Shown: positions 9,926 through 20,771, numbered from the whole stretch's first letter. The stretch is 62,884 nucleotides of DNA, filler included, from 6 parts of 6 records of this genome joined end to end with filler, not necessarily neighbours in it, one strand, 5' to 3'. The notes: generated by a model from the letters alone, not told the origin. Numbers and translations are program-made.

Positions 9926-11557
9926 ATGTCTATTAACTTCAAAAATTACACGGTACTTATTGCTGATGATTCCAGATTAGTGACTGGATCGATTTCGGCT
10001 GTCCTAAAAAAAGTTGGCTGTGAGCAAATACACTTTGCTTATAAACCTTTTGAAGTTATCCAAAAATGCCGACAGAACCGTTTTGACCTTATTATTTGTG
10101 ATTATAACTTCCAGCAGCAACTCAATGGTTTTCAGTTGTTGGAAGAGATTAATCATTTGCATTTGTTGCCAGCCCGAACGGCATTCATATTTTTGACTGG
10201 AGAGAACGACTTACGAGTGGTTCGCTCTATTATTGATGCAGAGCCCGACGATTACCTGCTAAAGCCGTTTAATAACCAGTTTTTTATTGACCGTTTAACC
10301 CATTCTCTAAAGCGTAAGTTGGCATTGTTGCCGATCTATGAACGGTTAAGTAAACATGATTATCCCGCGGTTATCGCTGCCTGTGATGATTGTGCTAAAC
10401 AAAGTCCTGAGTACATTAAACTGATTCGTAAGTTTAAAGCGAATGCGCTTGTTCGTTGTAAAGAGTATTCCAGCGCGAGAGTCGAGTACGAGGAAATGCT
10501 GAGTGAAGACAATTTCGACTGGATAAAAACAGCGTTAGCAAACACGTTTATTGAAACAGATAATGTAGCAAAAGCGAAAGAGATATTGGATACGGTAAAG
10601 AGTAAGGATGACAACCCGTATTACCATGATGAAATGTCGAATATTGCTGTTCTCAATAACGACCTGCCTCAAGCGATCAGTCATTTGAAACAATCGGCGA
10701 TGTTATTAGATGCTGGAGCAGAGCGTGAGTTAGTCATCGCTAACCTCTCATTGGCCAATCGTTGTTTTGATGATGCGGTTGTATATATCACACGCTACTA
10801 CGAGAAAAACCGAAACACCTTCAGAGGCGGTGTTTATACTCAGTTAAATCTTGTCAGGTGCCACCTATACAAAGCCACAGGGACTACTAATAAAAATGTG
10901 TTTGAGCGTTTGGTGCAAACACTCAACCCACTGATTGATGAAGTAAGAAAGCGAGCGAGTTTAGAGCATGCACATAAAATGCTTATGTCGCATATCGCTT
11001 TTGTTCGCGGTGATTTAAAGACCGCGATTAGCGAATTAAAGCCGGTACTACAAAAGATAAAAAGTATGCACTTTTATGATCTTTACCACTTAGCTTATTT
11101 GTTAGAGCAATATTCATTTTTAAACGAGGTTAAGCAGATTTTACCTCAATGCCGTGTGTCGATAGATGGTAATCAACATCCGAGTATCTTACGTAGCCAA
11201 ACTCATATGTTGTTAAGCTTCGAAAGCCAGTTGCAAAAAATCCAAAGCGAGATAGACACCATTCGTCGCGATTTAACCACCTCGGTGGCAACGACAGAGC
11301 CGTCGCTCATTAGTCTGCATATTGATAGGTATTTACGCTTACATGACTTATCGCCTAACTCCAAGAAGCTATGTATGGCAATCATTAAGTTCATTGCATA
11401 CTACCCAGTGTCGTACGATGGTAAATACAAGATTTACGACAAAATTAAACAATGCCATGAAGTCATCGTTAAGCTCTCTTCAGAAGATGAGTTGACTGGT
11501 TTGAATTATCTTACTCAGTACGAAACGGCGAAAAGAAATATTGAATTGGTGTTGTAG
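9926..11557 (+). CDS. Response regulator receiver domain plus helical TPR-like region
   Basis: IADD, ICDY (phospho-acceptor Asp), LTG and YLLKPF, followed by a long helical region. Confidence 0.85.
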   Translation: MSINFKNYTVLIADDSRLVTGSISAVLKKVGCEQIHFAYKPFEVIQKCRQNRFDLIICDYNFQQQLNGFQLLEEINHLHLLPARTAFIFLTGENDLRVVRSIIDAEPDDYLLKPFNNQFFIDRLTHSLKRKLALLPIYERLSKHDYPAVIAACDDCAKQSPEYIKLIRKFKANALVRCKEYSSARVEYEEMLSEDNFDWIKTALANTFIETDNVAKAKEILDTVKSKDDNPYYHDEMSNIAVLNNDLPQAISHLKQSAMLLDAGAERELVIANLSLANRCFDDAVVYITRYYEKNRNTFRGGVYTQLNLVRCHLYKATGTTNKNVFERLVQTLNPLIDEVRKRASLEHAHKMLMSHIAFVRGDLKTAISELKPVLQKIKSMHFYDLYHLAYLLEQYSFLNEVKQILPQCRVSIDGNQHPSILRSQTHMLLSFESQLQKIQSEIDTIRRDLTTSVATTEPSLISLHIDRYLRLHDLSPNSKKLCMAIIKFIAYYPVSYDGKYKIYDKIKQCHEVIVKLSSEDELTGLNYLTQYETAKRNIELVL

Positions 11558-11586
11558 ACGTTACGATTTATCATTCGTTAGAAAAG

Positions 11587-11614
11587 AAAAAAGCCTCTGA
11601 TATCAGAGGCTTTT
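11587..11614 (+). terminator. Rho-independent terminator
   Basis: AAAAGCCTCTGATATCAGAGGCTTTT palindrome just after the stop codon. Confidence 0.8.
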
Positions 11615-11714
11615 NNNNNNNNNNNNNNNNNNNNNNNNNNNNNNNNNNNNNNNNNNNNTTAATTAATTAANNNNNNNNNNNNNNNNNNNNNNNNNNNNNN
11701 NNNNNNNNNNNNNN
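11615..11714. other. Artificial contig spacer
   Basis: N44-TTAATTAATTAA-N44. The linker carries stops in all six frames. Confidence 0.99.
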
Positions 11715-11794
11715 AAGGAGATGAAAACTTGCCCTTTCCATCTCCCGGAATTATTTGATTTAAACTAGAAGTAAAAACCAAAACATTCAAAATT

Positions 11795-14700
11795 ATGAAA
11801 AAAAACGAATGTGAGCATAGTTTTATACCATGTTCACGCAAATTATTATTAAAAATGAAATTAACTGCTTTTGTTTTATTTATTACAGTACTTGGCAGTT
11901 GGGCAACAGACACCTATTCGCAGACTACCAGTATTTCAATAAATATGAAAGATGCCTCAATCGAAGACATTTTAAGTAAAATTGAAGATGAAAGTGAATT
12001 TCGCTTCTTTTACAACGGAACAATAAATGTCGACGAAAAGGTAACGGTAGATTTTAATGACAAAAAAATATCAACTATTCTCGACGATATCTTAGTTAGC
12101 GCAAATATTGAATATCGAATTAGTGGCCGTCAAATAATGCTTTTTCCAAAAGATAGTGAAGAAGCAAAAGCCCTTCAGGAAAAAACCATTACCGGAAAAG
12201 TTACCGATCCCAATGGAATGACTTTACCCGGTGTAACAGTAATTGTAAAAGGAACAACAAACGGAACAATTACCGATATCGATGGGAGTTATTCACTTTC
12301 AAATGTACCCGGAAATTCTATACTTCAATTTTCATTTATTGGAATGAGAAGCCAGGAAATAGAAGTTGGAAACCAAAACATTATAAACATTACTTTAGCT
12401 GAAGAAGTTGTTGGTTTAGATGAAGTTATTATTACAGGTTATTCATCAGAGAGAAAGAAAGATATTATTGGTTCTGTAGCGGTTGTTGATACAGAAGAAA
12501 TGCAAAAAACAAATGCCGCAACACTTGGCAGTCAGTTACAAGGTCGTGCAGCAGGGGTTTTTGTTCAATCTGACGGTTCTCCGGATGGTGAAGCAAAAAT
12601 AAGAATTAGAGGATTTGGTTCATTTGGAGGATCTGAACCATTATATATTATAGATGGTGTTCCTGCCGATGGTGTAGCATTTAATAATTTAAATCCGAAT
12701 GATGTTGAATCGGTACAGGTACTAAAAGATGCTGCATCTGCATCTGTTTATGGAGCCCGGGCAGCATCTGGAGTTATTATTATTTCTACTAAAAAAGGAA
12801 AGATTGGTAAAGCAAAATTATCTGTAAAAGCTTATACAGGAGTAAACTTTGTAAGTTCGAGTAATTTCCCTGAAATGCTGAACGCCGAAGAATATGGAGA
12901 GTATTGGTGGAAATCGTACGAAGGAGCCGGTCTTGCTCCTATACATGCACAATACGGCAGTGGCTCATCACCCGTAATTCCAGAATATATTTTAGCAGGT
13001 GGCTATGGAGGCACTTACCTCGAAGAATTAAGAGTTTCAGATCCGGCAAGGTATACTGGACTTGTTAATTCAGAAAACTACAACCTTGCGACCAGTCAAA
13101 TTGTTAAGTCTGCTGATACCGACTGGTTTGATGAAATATTTAATCCCGCTTCAATTACTAGTTTTCAACTTGGAGCTACCGGTGGATCTGAATCAGGAAC
13201 GTATGCTTTAAGTTTAAGCTATTTCGATCAGGATGAAACATCAAACGAATGGGCAAGTTTTAAAAGATATACTGTACGTGCAAATTCTACATTTAATTTA
13301 TCGGAGGCTTTAAAAATAGGTGAAAATCTGCAAGTTGCATACACACAATCTACTGGAAGTGGAAGTGGAACATACAGTCGTTATATGAACCCACTTTTAC
13401 CGGTCTGGGATATCGAAGGTAATCCGGCCAGTGGTGCAGTTCCGGGCATGGGGAATGCAAGAAATCCTATTGGTGACAGATGGCGCAACAGATTTGACAA
13501 AAGATATGTTTTTAATGTCTTCGGAAATGTTTTTGCCGAACTGACAATATTTAAAGATCTCATTGCAAAATCAACTTTTGGGGTTAATTATAACAACTCC
13601 AATGTATGGGATCTTACTCAACAAACATATGAACACGCAGAAAATACATCTGTAAGTTCTTTAAGTCGTAGTATGAATTATATGACTTCATGGACATGGA
13701 CCAATACCCTTACCTATTCGAAAGTATTTGGTGAACATTCTGCAAAAATTCTATTAGGAAATGAAGCTATCAGAGATTATAGTGATGATATTACAGCTGC
13801 CCGTGATGACTACGATATTAATGACGATCCAAATTTTGTAATGCTCAATACGGGATTAGGCACACAATCTAATAGTGGCGGACTAACCAGGCAAACACTT
13901 GCTTCAATATTTGGTAGATTCGATTATACTTATGCCGATAAATATTTGTTAAATGCCACTTTACGCCGCGATGGTTCTTCAAAATTCGGTTCAAATTACC
14001 GTTATGGAGTATTTCCTGCCGTAGGTGTTGGATGGAGAATTTCAGGAGAAAACTTTATGGAAGATTATTCTTCCTGGCTCGATGACTTAAAACTAAGAGG
14101 TAGCTGGGGTATTATTGGAAATCAAACTGGTCTTGGAGCACAAAATCAATATACACGTTTTATACAGGCTCCTAATAATGGTTATGCACTGGTAGGAGGA
14201 AATAGTGTTTTGCCGGGTTTTGCACCCGATGCTATTGGAAATCCAAATGCACGATGGGAAAAAAGTGTTACAACAAACGTTGGATTTGATGCAACATTCT
14301 TAAGAGGAAAATATACCCTGTCAATGGAGTACTACACAAAAGAGACAGAAGATCTACTCGTTGAAAACCAGGCACCTTTTACAGGATCAAGTGCCGATCA
14401 ACCCGATGTAAATATTGGCAATATGACCAATAAAGGTTTTGATATCAGTGCATCAGCAAGGGGAAAAATTGGAGAAATAACATTTAATATAGACGCAAAC
14501 TTAGGATTGTACAGAAATACTGTTGACAAAGTTCTTGAAAGCGACGATTCATTCTTATCAGGTTCTGATGATTCCGATATGGGAATTATTACACGAACTG
14601 AAAAAGGTTATCCGATATCTTACATTTGGGGTTATCAAGTGGATGGATTTTTCCAAACTCAGGGCGAAGCTGATTCTTATGCAGAACAGTATATAACTCC

Positions 14701-15310
14701 AATTACCCCGGCAATTGGAAGGTGGCGGATTAAAGATACAAACAACGATTTTGTAATTGACGATAATGATAAAGTACAGCTTGGAAGTCCTCACCCCGAT
14801 TTTCAGGTAGGTGTTAATTTTTCGCTTGAATATAAAAATTTCGACTTGAGTACCTTTATTTTCTGGAATCAAGGAGGTGAAGTATTTAACCTTATGCGAA
14901 GGGATCTTGACATGAACAAGTTCCAATACAACCGAAGTACAAGAATGCTATATGAATCCTGGACATCGGAAAATTCAAATAGTGCCCTGTTGCCAAAACT
15001 TGATATTTCAGACACAGAAACAAAAATGCTTGCATGTGATTATTATGTTGAAGATGTCACTTTTGTAAGGATGAGAACTTTACAACTGGGATACACTTTC
15101 CCTTCAAGTACATTAAATACTATTGGAATAGATGGCTTAAGACTTTATGTACAGTGTCAGAATTTGTTTACAGTAATGGGAGGAAAAAAACCATTCTCCG
15201 GTCTTGATCCGGACACCGCCTTAAGTGGACAGGATATTGCGATGGGGGTTATGTCAACTCAAAACCCGACACCAAAACAAGTTGTTTTTGGCTTGAATTT
15301 AGACTTTTAA
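11795..15310 (+). CDS. susC: SusC/RagA TonB-dependent receptor with N-terminal STN extension
   Basis: STN-like region, ITGKVTD carboxypeptidase-like domain, plug motif VLKDAASASVYGARAASGVIIISTKKG, and a C-terminal Phe. Confidence 0.95.
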   Translation: MKKNECEHSFIPCSRKLLLKMKLTAFVLFITVLGSWATDTYSQTTSISINMKDASIEDILSKIEDESEFRFFYNGTINVDEKVTVDFNDKKISTILDDILVSANIEYRISGRQIMLFPKDSEEAKALQEKTITGKVTDPNGMTLPGVTVIVKGTTNGTITDIDGSYSLSNVPGNSILQFSFIGMRSQEIEVGNQNIINITLAEEVVGLDEVIITGYSSERKKDIIGSVAVVDTEEMQKTNAATLGSQLQGRAAGVFVQSDGSPDGEAKIRIRGFGSFGGSEPLYIIDGVPADGVAFNNLNPNDVESVQVLKDAASASVYGARAASGVIIISTKKGKIGKAKLSVKAYTGVNFVSSSNFPEMLNAEEYGEYWWKSYEGAGLAPIHAQYGSGSSPVIPEYILAGGYGGTYLEELRVSDPARYTGLVNSENYNLATSQIVKSADTDWFDEIFNPASITSFQLGATGGSESGTYALSLSYFDQDETSNEWASFKRYTVRANSTFNLSEALKIGENLQVAYTQSTGSGSGTYSRYMNPLLPVWDIEGNPASGAVPGMGNARNPIGDRWRNRFDKRYVFNVFGNVFAELTIFKDLIAKSTFGVNYNNSNVWDLTQQTYEHAENTSVSSLSRSMNYMTSWTWTNTLTYSKVFGEHSAKILLGNEAIRDYSDDITAARDDYDINDDPNFVMLNTGLGTQSNSGGLTRQTLASIFGRFDYTYADKYLLNATLRRDGSSKFGSNYRYGVFPAVGVGWRISGENFMEDYSSWLDDLKLRGSWGIIGNQTGLGAQNQYTRFIQAPNNGYALVGGNSVLPGFAPDAIGNPNARWEKSVTTNVGFDATFLRGKYTLSMEYYTKETEDLLVENQAPFTGSSADQPDVNIGNMTNKGFDISASARGKIGEITFNIDANLGLYRNTVDKVLESDDSFLSGSDDSDMGIITRTEKGYPISYIWGYQVDGFFQTQGEADSYAEQYITPITPAIGRWRIKDTNNDFVIDDNDKVQLGSPHPDFQVGVNFSLEYKNFDLSTFIFWNQGGEVFNLMRRDLDMNKFQYNRSTRMLYESWTSENSNSALLPKLDISDTETKMLACDYYVEDVTFVRMRTLQLGYTFPSSTLNTIGIDGLRLYVQCQNLFTVMGGKKPFSGLDPDTALSGQDIAMGVMSTQNPTPKQVVFGLNLDF

Positions 15311-15334
15311 AATAAATTCTAAACATTTTAAATT

Positions 15335-17137
15335 ATGAAAAAGTACAAAATAATATACATAACACTGGTTACTTTAATTCTTACCGGTATTAATTTCTCA
15401 TGTTCCGACGATTTTCTGGAACAACCGGCACTTGGTGCTTATGATGAATCGGTATTAGCCGACAAAGATGGTGTTAATGGCTTGCTAATTGGATGCTACA
15501 GCCAACTAAATGGTACAAACAATGGATTCTGTGGATTGCTTTCAACTCCCTGGTCTCATTTACTTGGAACCGTTCGGGGCGGTGAAGCACTTGTAGGTAC
15601 TGAAGCAGGTGATGGTTCTTCATGGGAACCATTTGCCCAATGGAACCTTTTATCAACCACACCTTTTGCTCCCAATGTATTTCAGTTTTATTACAATGCA
15701 ATCAATATGTCGAATCAATTAATAAGCATTATACCCGATGTTGAAGATATGACAGACACAGAAAAGAATGCTGCATTGGCAGAAGCCAAATTTTTACGCG
15801 CCCACTTCTACTTTATGCTAAAAAGAATTTGGGGAAATATTCCATGGATTGATGAAACACACGGTCTTGATGTAAAACAACCCAATACAGTAGACAATGA
15901 TGGAGCTACGTTTGTAGATATCTGGCCAAATATTGAAGCAGACATGCAGTTTGCAGCCGATAATTTACCGGACACCCAAAGTGAAGCAGGAAGAGCTAAT
16001 TCATGGGCAGCTAAAGCTTATTTGGTGAAAATTCGCATGGAACAAAAAAAGTATGATGACACAACTTATAATCTTTGTATTGATATAATAAATAATGGTA
16101 ATACTGCACAAGGTGAGAAATATGATTTAATGCCAAAATATCATGACAATTTTGATCCAGACCAAGAAAACAACAAAGAAAATGTTTTTCAGGTACAGGT
16201 TTCCGTAAATGGATATGCATACTCAGGTTGGTTTTCGGGAGACAATACCTATAATGTTGAAAATGTTTGGATGTCATTTCAAAGACCTGGAAGTCCGGGT
16301 TACGGAAGAGGTTGGGGATATATTTCACCCTCGCAATGGTATGTTGATAAATTTAGAATTAACCCAGAAAATGGGCTGCCTTATTTAGATTATTATAACA
16401 CAAATTCAGAGCCGGTTAAAAACGACTACGGTTTATCTAGCAGCGATGAATTTGAACCTGAAACAAAACCACTGGATCCGAGACTTGACTGGAATGTTGG
16501 AAGACGCGGAATTCCATATCTGGACTGGGGAATTATGCCTGGTGTAGATTGGATGAGAGATGCAACGGGTCTTTATAACGGACCATATATTCATAAAAAA
16601 ATGATGTATTATCAATCTCAGGAAGGCGTACATAATGAAGTAGGTAGAGCTTTAAATGCAATAAATGGTCATATTATCCGATTTGCCGATGTTTTATTGT
16701 GGGCTGCAGAACTGGAAGTAAGAGTGAATAATAACCTCAGTACCGCTGCACAATATGTAGATCAGGTTAGAGCTCGCATGCAAAATTCAGAAAGCTGGGT
16801 TATGAATGAAACCGGTGAAGCTCCCGCTGCAAATTATCAGGTTGGACTTTATGGTACATTTTCTTCCACTCAACAAGCTCTTGATGCTATCCTGTTTGAA
16901 CGCAGTTTGGAGCTTGGATTTGAAGGACACCGATTTTATGATGTTGTTCGTTTTGGCACCGAATATATTCAGAAAGAATTCAATGATTATACGGTTTTTC
17001 AGTCGCAATACACAAATTACCTCAACAGTATTACTTTTGATGTTGGAACAGATGAATATCTACCTTTTAATCAATCGGCTATAATTAACAGTCAGGTCGA
17101 CGGAGTTCCTACTCTCACCCAAAATCCCGGTTATTAA
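15335..17137 (+). CDS. susD: SusD/RagB outer membrane lipoprotein
   Basis: Lipobox FSC, EAKFLRA, IRFADVLLWAAE, ERSLELGFEGHRFYD and a C-terminal QNPGY. Confidence 0.95.
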   Translation: MKKYKIIYITLVTLILTGINFSCSDDFLEQPALGAYDESVLADKDGVNGLLIGCYSQLNGTNNGFCGLLSTPWSHLLGTVRGGEALVGTEAGDGSSWEPFAQWNLLSTTPFAPNVFQFYYNAINMSNQLISIIPDVEDMTDTEKNAALAEAKFLRAHFYFMLKRIWGNIPWIDETHGLDVKQPNTVDNDGATFVDIWPNIEADMQFAADNLPDTQSEAGRANSWAAKAYLVKIRMEQKKYDDTTYNLCIDIINNGNTAQGEKYDLMPKYHDNFDPDQENNKENVFQVQVSVNGYAYSGWFSGDNTYNVENVWMSFQRPGSPGYGRGWGYISPSQWYVDKFRINPENGLPYLDYYNTNSEPVKNDYGLSSSDEFEPETKPLDPRLDWNVGRRGIPYLDWGIMPGVDWMRDATGLYNGPYIHKKMMYYQSQEGVHNEVGRALNAINGHIIRFADVLLWAAELEVRVNNNLSTAAQYVDQVRARMQNSESWVMNETGEAPAANYQVGLYGTFSSTQQALDAILFERSLELGFEGHRFYDVVRFGTEYIQKEFNDYTVFQSQYTNYLNSITFDVGTDEYLPFNQSAIINSQVDGVPTLTQNPGY

Positions 17138-17165
17138 TTAAGAAATATTTTGATCTATTAAATTC

Positions 17166-17200
17166 ATAGAGCTGTTTCTGATTGAGACAGCTCTATATTT
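17166..17200 (+). terminator. Hairpin terminator after susD
   Basis: ATAGAGCTGTTTC-TGATT-GAGACAGCTCTAT. Confidence 0.7.
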
Positions 17201-17401
17201 AAATCAGACAATTAACATATCTGTTTTAAATAATTAATCTCAAATAAACACAGCAAATGAAATGAATAAAAATAATTAACGTAAATCAAACACTAATTGC
17301 TTAAATTTAACACAAAAAAGTTTTTTCAATTATATTAGTTAGCTATTGTATATAGAAAACGTGCTAAAAATTAAACAAACGAATATCAAAACCTTAACAT
17401 T

Positions 17402-19369
17402 ATGAAATATTACATTCCGAAAATATTCATTAGCGTGGTTTTAATCCTCCTGGTCAATTTTTCTTTTAGTCAGAAAACCATACTTCAGGTTGACATCGAC
17501 AACCCGAAAGTAGCTATCCAACCAACAATGTGGGGCCTTTTTTTTGAAGATATAAACTTCGCAGCCGATGGTGGTTTGTATGCCGAATTAATAAAAAATC
17601 GCTCTTTTGAGTTTCCAAATCCAAAAATGGGATGGGAAACCCCGGGACAAAACTTTTTTAATTCCAGTCTGATTTTTATAAATCGCGGTGAAGAAAACAG
17701 TAACCTTCGTTACGCAAGAATAAAAGTTGATGAATCGAATCCGACAATTGTAAATACAGGTTTTCGGGGAATTGGTGTAAAAAAAGGGGAAGAATACCGG
17801 TTCTCAATTTGGACATCGTTACCTGAAAATGATAAAATAGCTTTAACTGTTGAATTGATAGATTCGACCGATAATTCTATTGGAAAGGTCAAATTAAATC
17901 CGAACGGCAAGGAGTGGGAAAAATATGAAGCCCTGATTACTGCTGAACAAACAAATGCAAAAGCTAAATTAAAAATTACGTTTGAAGGAAATGGAACCAT
18001 CGATTTTGATATGGTTTCGCTCTTTCCCGTTAATACCTGGAAGCAACGTAAAAACGGATTGCGTGCAGATTTGGTGCAGTTACTTGCCGATATGAAACCC
18101 GGATTTTTCAGATTCCCAGGGGGATGCATTGTAGAAGGCCGAGATTTGGCTAAACGATACCAATGGAAACAAACCGTTGGAAATATTGAAGACAGAAAAT
18201 TGAATATTAACCGATGGAACGATGAAAATACACGGCTTACTCCCGATTATTTTCAAACTTATGGATTAGGTTTTTATGAATATTTTTTACTTTCCGAAGA
18301 TCTTGGTGCAGAACCATTACCTGTTGTAAATTGCGGCATGGCATGTCAATTTAATACAGGCGAAGTGGTACCACTCGATCAACTTGATCCGTATATTCAG
18401 GATGCACTCGACCTGATTGAATTTGCCAATGGTACTGTCGATTCAGAATGGGGAAGTTTAAGAGCAGAAATGGGACACCCGGAATCATTCAATATGAAAT
18501 ACATTGGTATAGGAAACGAACAGTGGGGCGAGCAATACTTTGAAAGATATGCACTTTTTGAAAAAGCACTTCTTGAAAAATACCCCGAAATTAAGATTGT
18601 TTCAACAAGTGGCCCTTTGGATTCTGGTCCCTTTTTCAATTTTGCCGAACAGGAATTAAAAAAATATAATGCTGACTTGGTAGACGAACACTATTATAAA
18701 AGTCCTCAATGGTTTTTCGAAAATGCAACCCGTTACGATAATTACAACCGTGATTCGTACAAAATATTTCTGGGTGAATTTGCAGCAACAAGTCACCAAA
18801 TGGCAAGTCCGGAAAATAAAAACACCTGGGAATGTGCCCTTGCTGAAGCGGCATATATGACTGGCCTTGAAAGAAATGCTGACGTAGTTAATATGGTATC
18901 ATATGCACCACTTTTAGCTCACGTTGACGCCTGGCAATGGACTCCCGATTTAATCTGGTTCGATAATCTTACTTCATATGGAACAACAAGTTATTATGTC
19001 CAAAAATTATATGGTACAAATAAGGGAACCCATGTTCTGGAAATTTCACAAAACAATTCTTTGCTTGATGGCTCAAATGGATTATACGGAACTGCAGTTA
19101 TTGACGAAGACAAACATGAAATAATACTGAAACTGGTGAATAGTAACAAAGAAAATAAAACCCTCGATATTAAATTAAATACAAAGAAACGCCTTTTATC
19201 CGATGCTAAATATATCCTTCTTAACAGTTCCAACTTAGAGGCTATGAATTCAATTGAAAAACCTAAAAATATAGTTCCTGTTGAAAAAGAAATAAAGCTT
19301 TCCGGTAAAAAATTAGAAATGGAACTTCTTCCATATTCTTTCTCTGTCGTTAAAATCAAACTTAAATAA
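17402..19369 (+). CDS. GH51 alpha-L-arabinofuranosidase
   Basis: GLFFEDINFAADGGLYAEL, RFPGGC, GIGNEQWG (acid/base), LGEF (nucleophile) and a signal peptide. Confidence 0.93.
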   Translation: MKYYIPKIFISVVLILLVNFSFSQKTILQVDIDNPKVAIQPTMWGLFFEDINFAADGGLYAELIKNRSFEFPNPKMGWETPGQNFFNSSLIFINRGEENSNLRYARIKVDESNPTIVNTGFRGIGVKKGEEYRFSIWTSLPENDKIALTVELIDSTDNSIGKVKLNPNGKEWEKYEALITAEQTNAKAKLKITFEGNGTIDFDMVSLFPVNTWKQRKNGLRADLVQLLADMKPGFFRFPGGCIVEGRDLAKRYQWKQTVGNIEDRKLNINRWNDENTRLTPDYFQTYGLGFYEYFLLSEDLGAEPLPVVNCGMACQFNTGEVVPLDQLDPYIQDALDLIEFANGTVDSEWGSLRAEMGHPESFNMKYIGIGNEQWGEQYFERYALFEKALLEKYPEIKIVSTSGPLDSGPFFNFAEQELKKYNADLVDEHYYKSPQWFFENATRYDNYNRDSYKIFLGEFAATSHQMASPENKNTWECALAEAAYMTGLERNADVVNMVSYAPLLAHVDAWQWTPDLIWFDNLTSYGTTSYYVQKLYGTNKGTHVLEISQNNSLLDGSNGLYGTAVIDEDKHEIILKLVNSNKENKTLDIKLNTKKRLLSDAKYILLNSSNLEAMNSIEKPKNIVPVEKEIKLSGKKLEMELLPYSFSVVKIKLK

Positions 19370-19370
19370 A

Positions 19371-19520
19371 ATGAAACGTCAAAATTTATTGCTTTTATGT
19401 GTTTTTGTATCTGGAATTTTAACGGCTCAGCCGGCAAAATTTCTGGATGATATTTATTATTATATCGAAAATACAGATGTTTTTGAAATCAATCAGGAAG
19501 AAGGCCGGGCATATTATTTG
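19371..19520 (+). CDS. Probable GH2 beta-galactosidase, N-terminal fragment truncated by the contig end
   Basis: Signal peptide followed by IENTDVFEINQEEGRA, resembling the GH2 N-terminus, in a PUL context. Confidence 0.55.
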
Positions 19521-19620
19521 NNNNNNNNNNNNNNNNNNNNNNNNNNNNNNNNNNNNNNNNNNNNTTAATTAATTAANNNNNNNNNNNNNNNNNNNNNNNN
19601 NNNNNNNNNNNNNNNNNNNN
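19521..19620. other. Artificial contig spacer
   Basis: N44-TTAATTAATTAA-N44. Confidence 0.99.
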
Positions 19621-19692
19621 TTCTGGTACTACTGATGGAAACACAGATGACGGTTCAACTGATTCTGGTACTACTAATGGAACTACAGACGA
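19621..19692 (+). repeat. 42-nt imperfect tandem coding repeat
   Basis: TTCTGGTACTACTGATGGAAACACAGATGA recurs 42 nt later as TTCTGGTACTACTAATGGAACTACAGACGA. Confidence 0.75.
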
Positions 19693-20761
19693 TACTTTAG
19701 AAACACCTTTAGTAATAACTGATGAAGGTAACTTTGATGAGGATCCAACTGATGGTGATATGGATATATTAATTATTAAAGATGATGGAACTGAAGATTT
19801 AAAAACATTAAATACTCTTAATACAGGTCAAAACATCTCTACAGTTTCTCAAAATGGTAATAATTTTAATATATCTTTCATTGGTGATGATGGAACTACT
19901 ACAACTCAAACTATAACAGTAGAACAAGCAGGAGCCACCCAAACAAATACGGCAAATGGTGGAGTTGAAATAAGTAGTAGTACAACTCAAGGAGAAAATA
20001 CTATAACAAATAAAGTTGAGCTAAACTCTAATGGAACTTCAGCGGTTACATTTGTATCCCAAAATGCAGACACTACCAAAAAAGCTGCTATTGTAACATT
20101 AAATACTGATACCTCTACAAAGACAAATACTGATGGTTCTGTAGAAGTGGATCTTGATACTACAACTAATAGCACTAAGGCATCTATTGATCAAAATGGA
20201 TCAACTATCCATGCAATAAGTATCAAAGATAATAATGGAGAAGTGATAGCAACCACAGAAGCCACATCAAATATAGATGGATCAGTAGTTGCGATACTAG
20301 AAGATGGTAGTGTACAAACTAAAGTAACACAAACAAATGAAGATAATAGTAGCAGTATGATTGTAATAGATGGAAAAACTGATGGAAGTTCTTTAAATAT
20401 ACTAAAACTCACAGATAGTAATGGAGATGAGATCATTACAAAAACAGATGCAACAATACCAGGAACTAAAAGTGTAGTAAATAGTGATGGATCTGTATCT
20501 ATTGACACCCCTAAAGTCACATCATCTTTAGGAAATGAGATAGAAACTTCAACATCAATCAACTCTGATGGATCTCTATCACTACAAGGAACTAAAACTC
20601 TTTTAGATGGTACAGTTGAACCAGTAGAATTAGGCTCATTTCCCAAAGGTGCAGAAGTAACTATTCAAAATAATAATGGTGCAGTGATCGTTGAAATAAC
20701 CACCTCTCTTGGAACTCAAACTTTTGAGCTTAGAAGAGCTTTAATAAATCCATTACAGTAA
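19622..20761 (+). CDS. Thr/Ser/Asp/Asn-rich probable surface protein, 5' truncated
   Basis: The frame is open back to the contig edge (SGTTDGNTDDGSTDSGTTNGTTDD...), so the ATG at 19760 is probably internal. Many DGS turns. Confidence 0.75.
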   Translation, partial: SGTTDGNTDDGSTDSGTTNGTTDDTLETPLVITDEGNFDEDPTDGDMDILIIKDDGTEDLKTLNTLNTGQNISTVSQNGNNFNISFIGDDGTTTTQTITVEQAGATQTNTANGGVEISSSTTQGENTITNKVELNSNGTSAVTFVSQNADTTKKAAIVTLNTDTSTKTNTDGSVEVDLDTTTNSTKASIDQNGSTIHAISIKDNNGEVIATTEATSNIDGSVVAILEDGSVQTKVTQTNEDNSSSMIVIDGKTDGSSLNILKLTDSNGDEIITKTDATIPGTKSVVNSDGSVSIDTPKVTSSLGNEIETSTSINSDGSLSLQGTKTLLDGTVEPVELGSFPKGAEVTIQNNNGAVIVEITTSLGTQTFELRRALINPLQ

Positions 20762-20771
20762 GGATCATATA

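Noticed and set aside
11615-11714. TTAATTAATTAA flanked by N runs, recurring five times
   Set aside because: Identical 100-nt artificial linkers. They are not a biological repeat or CRISPR, and no synteny can be inferred across them.
11659-11913. ORF running into the spacer, and X-containing tails of other ORFs
   Set aside because: Artefacts of translating through N runs.
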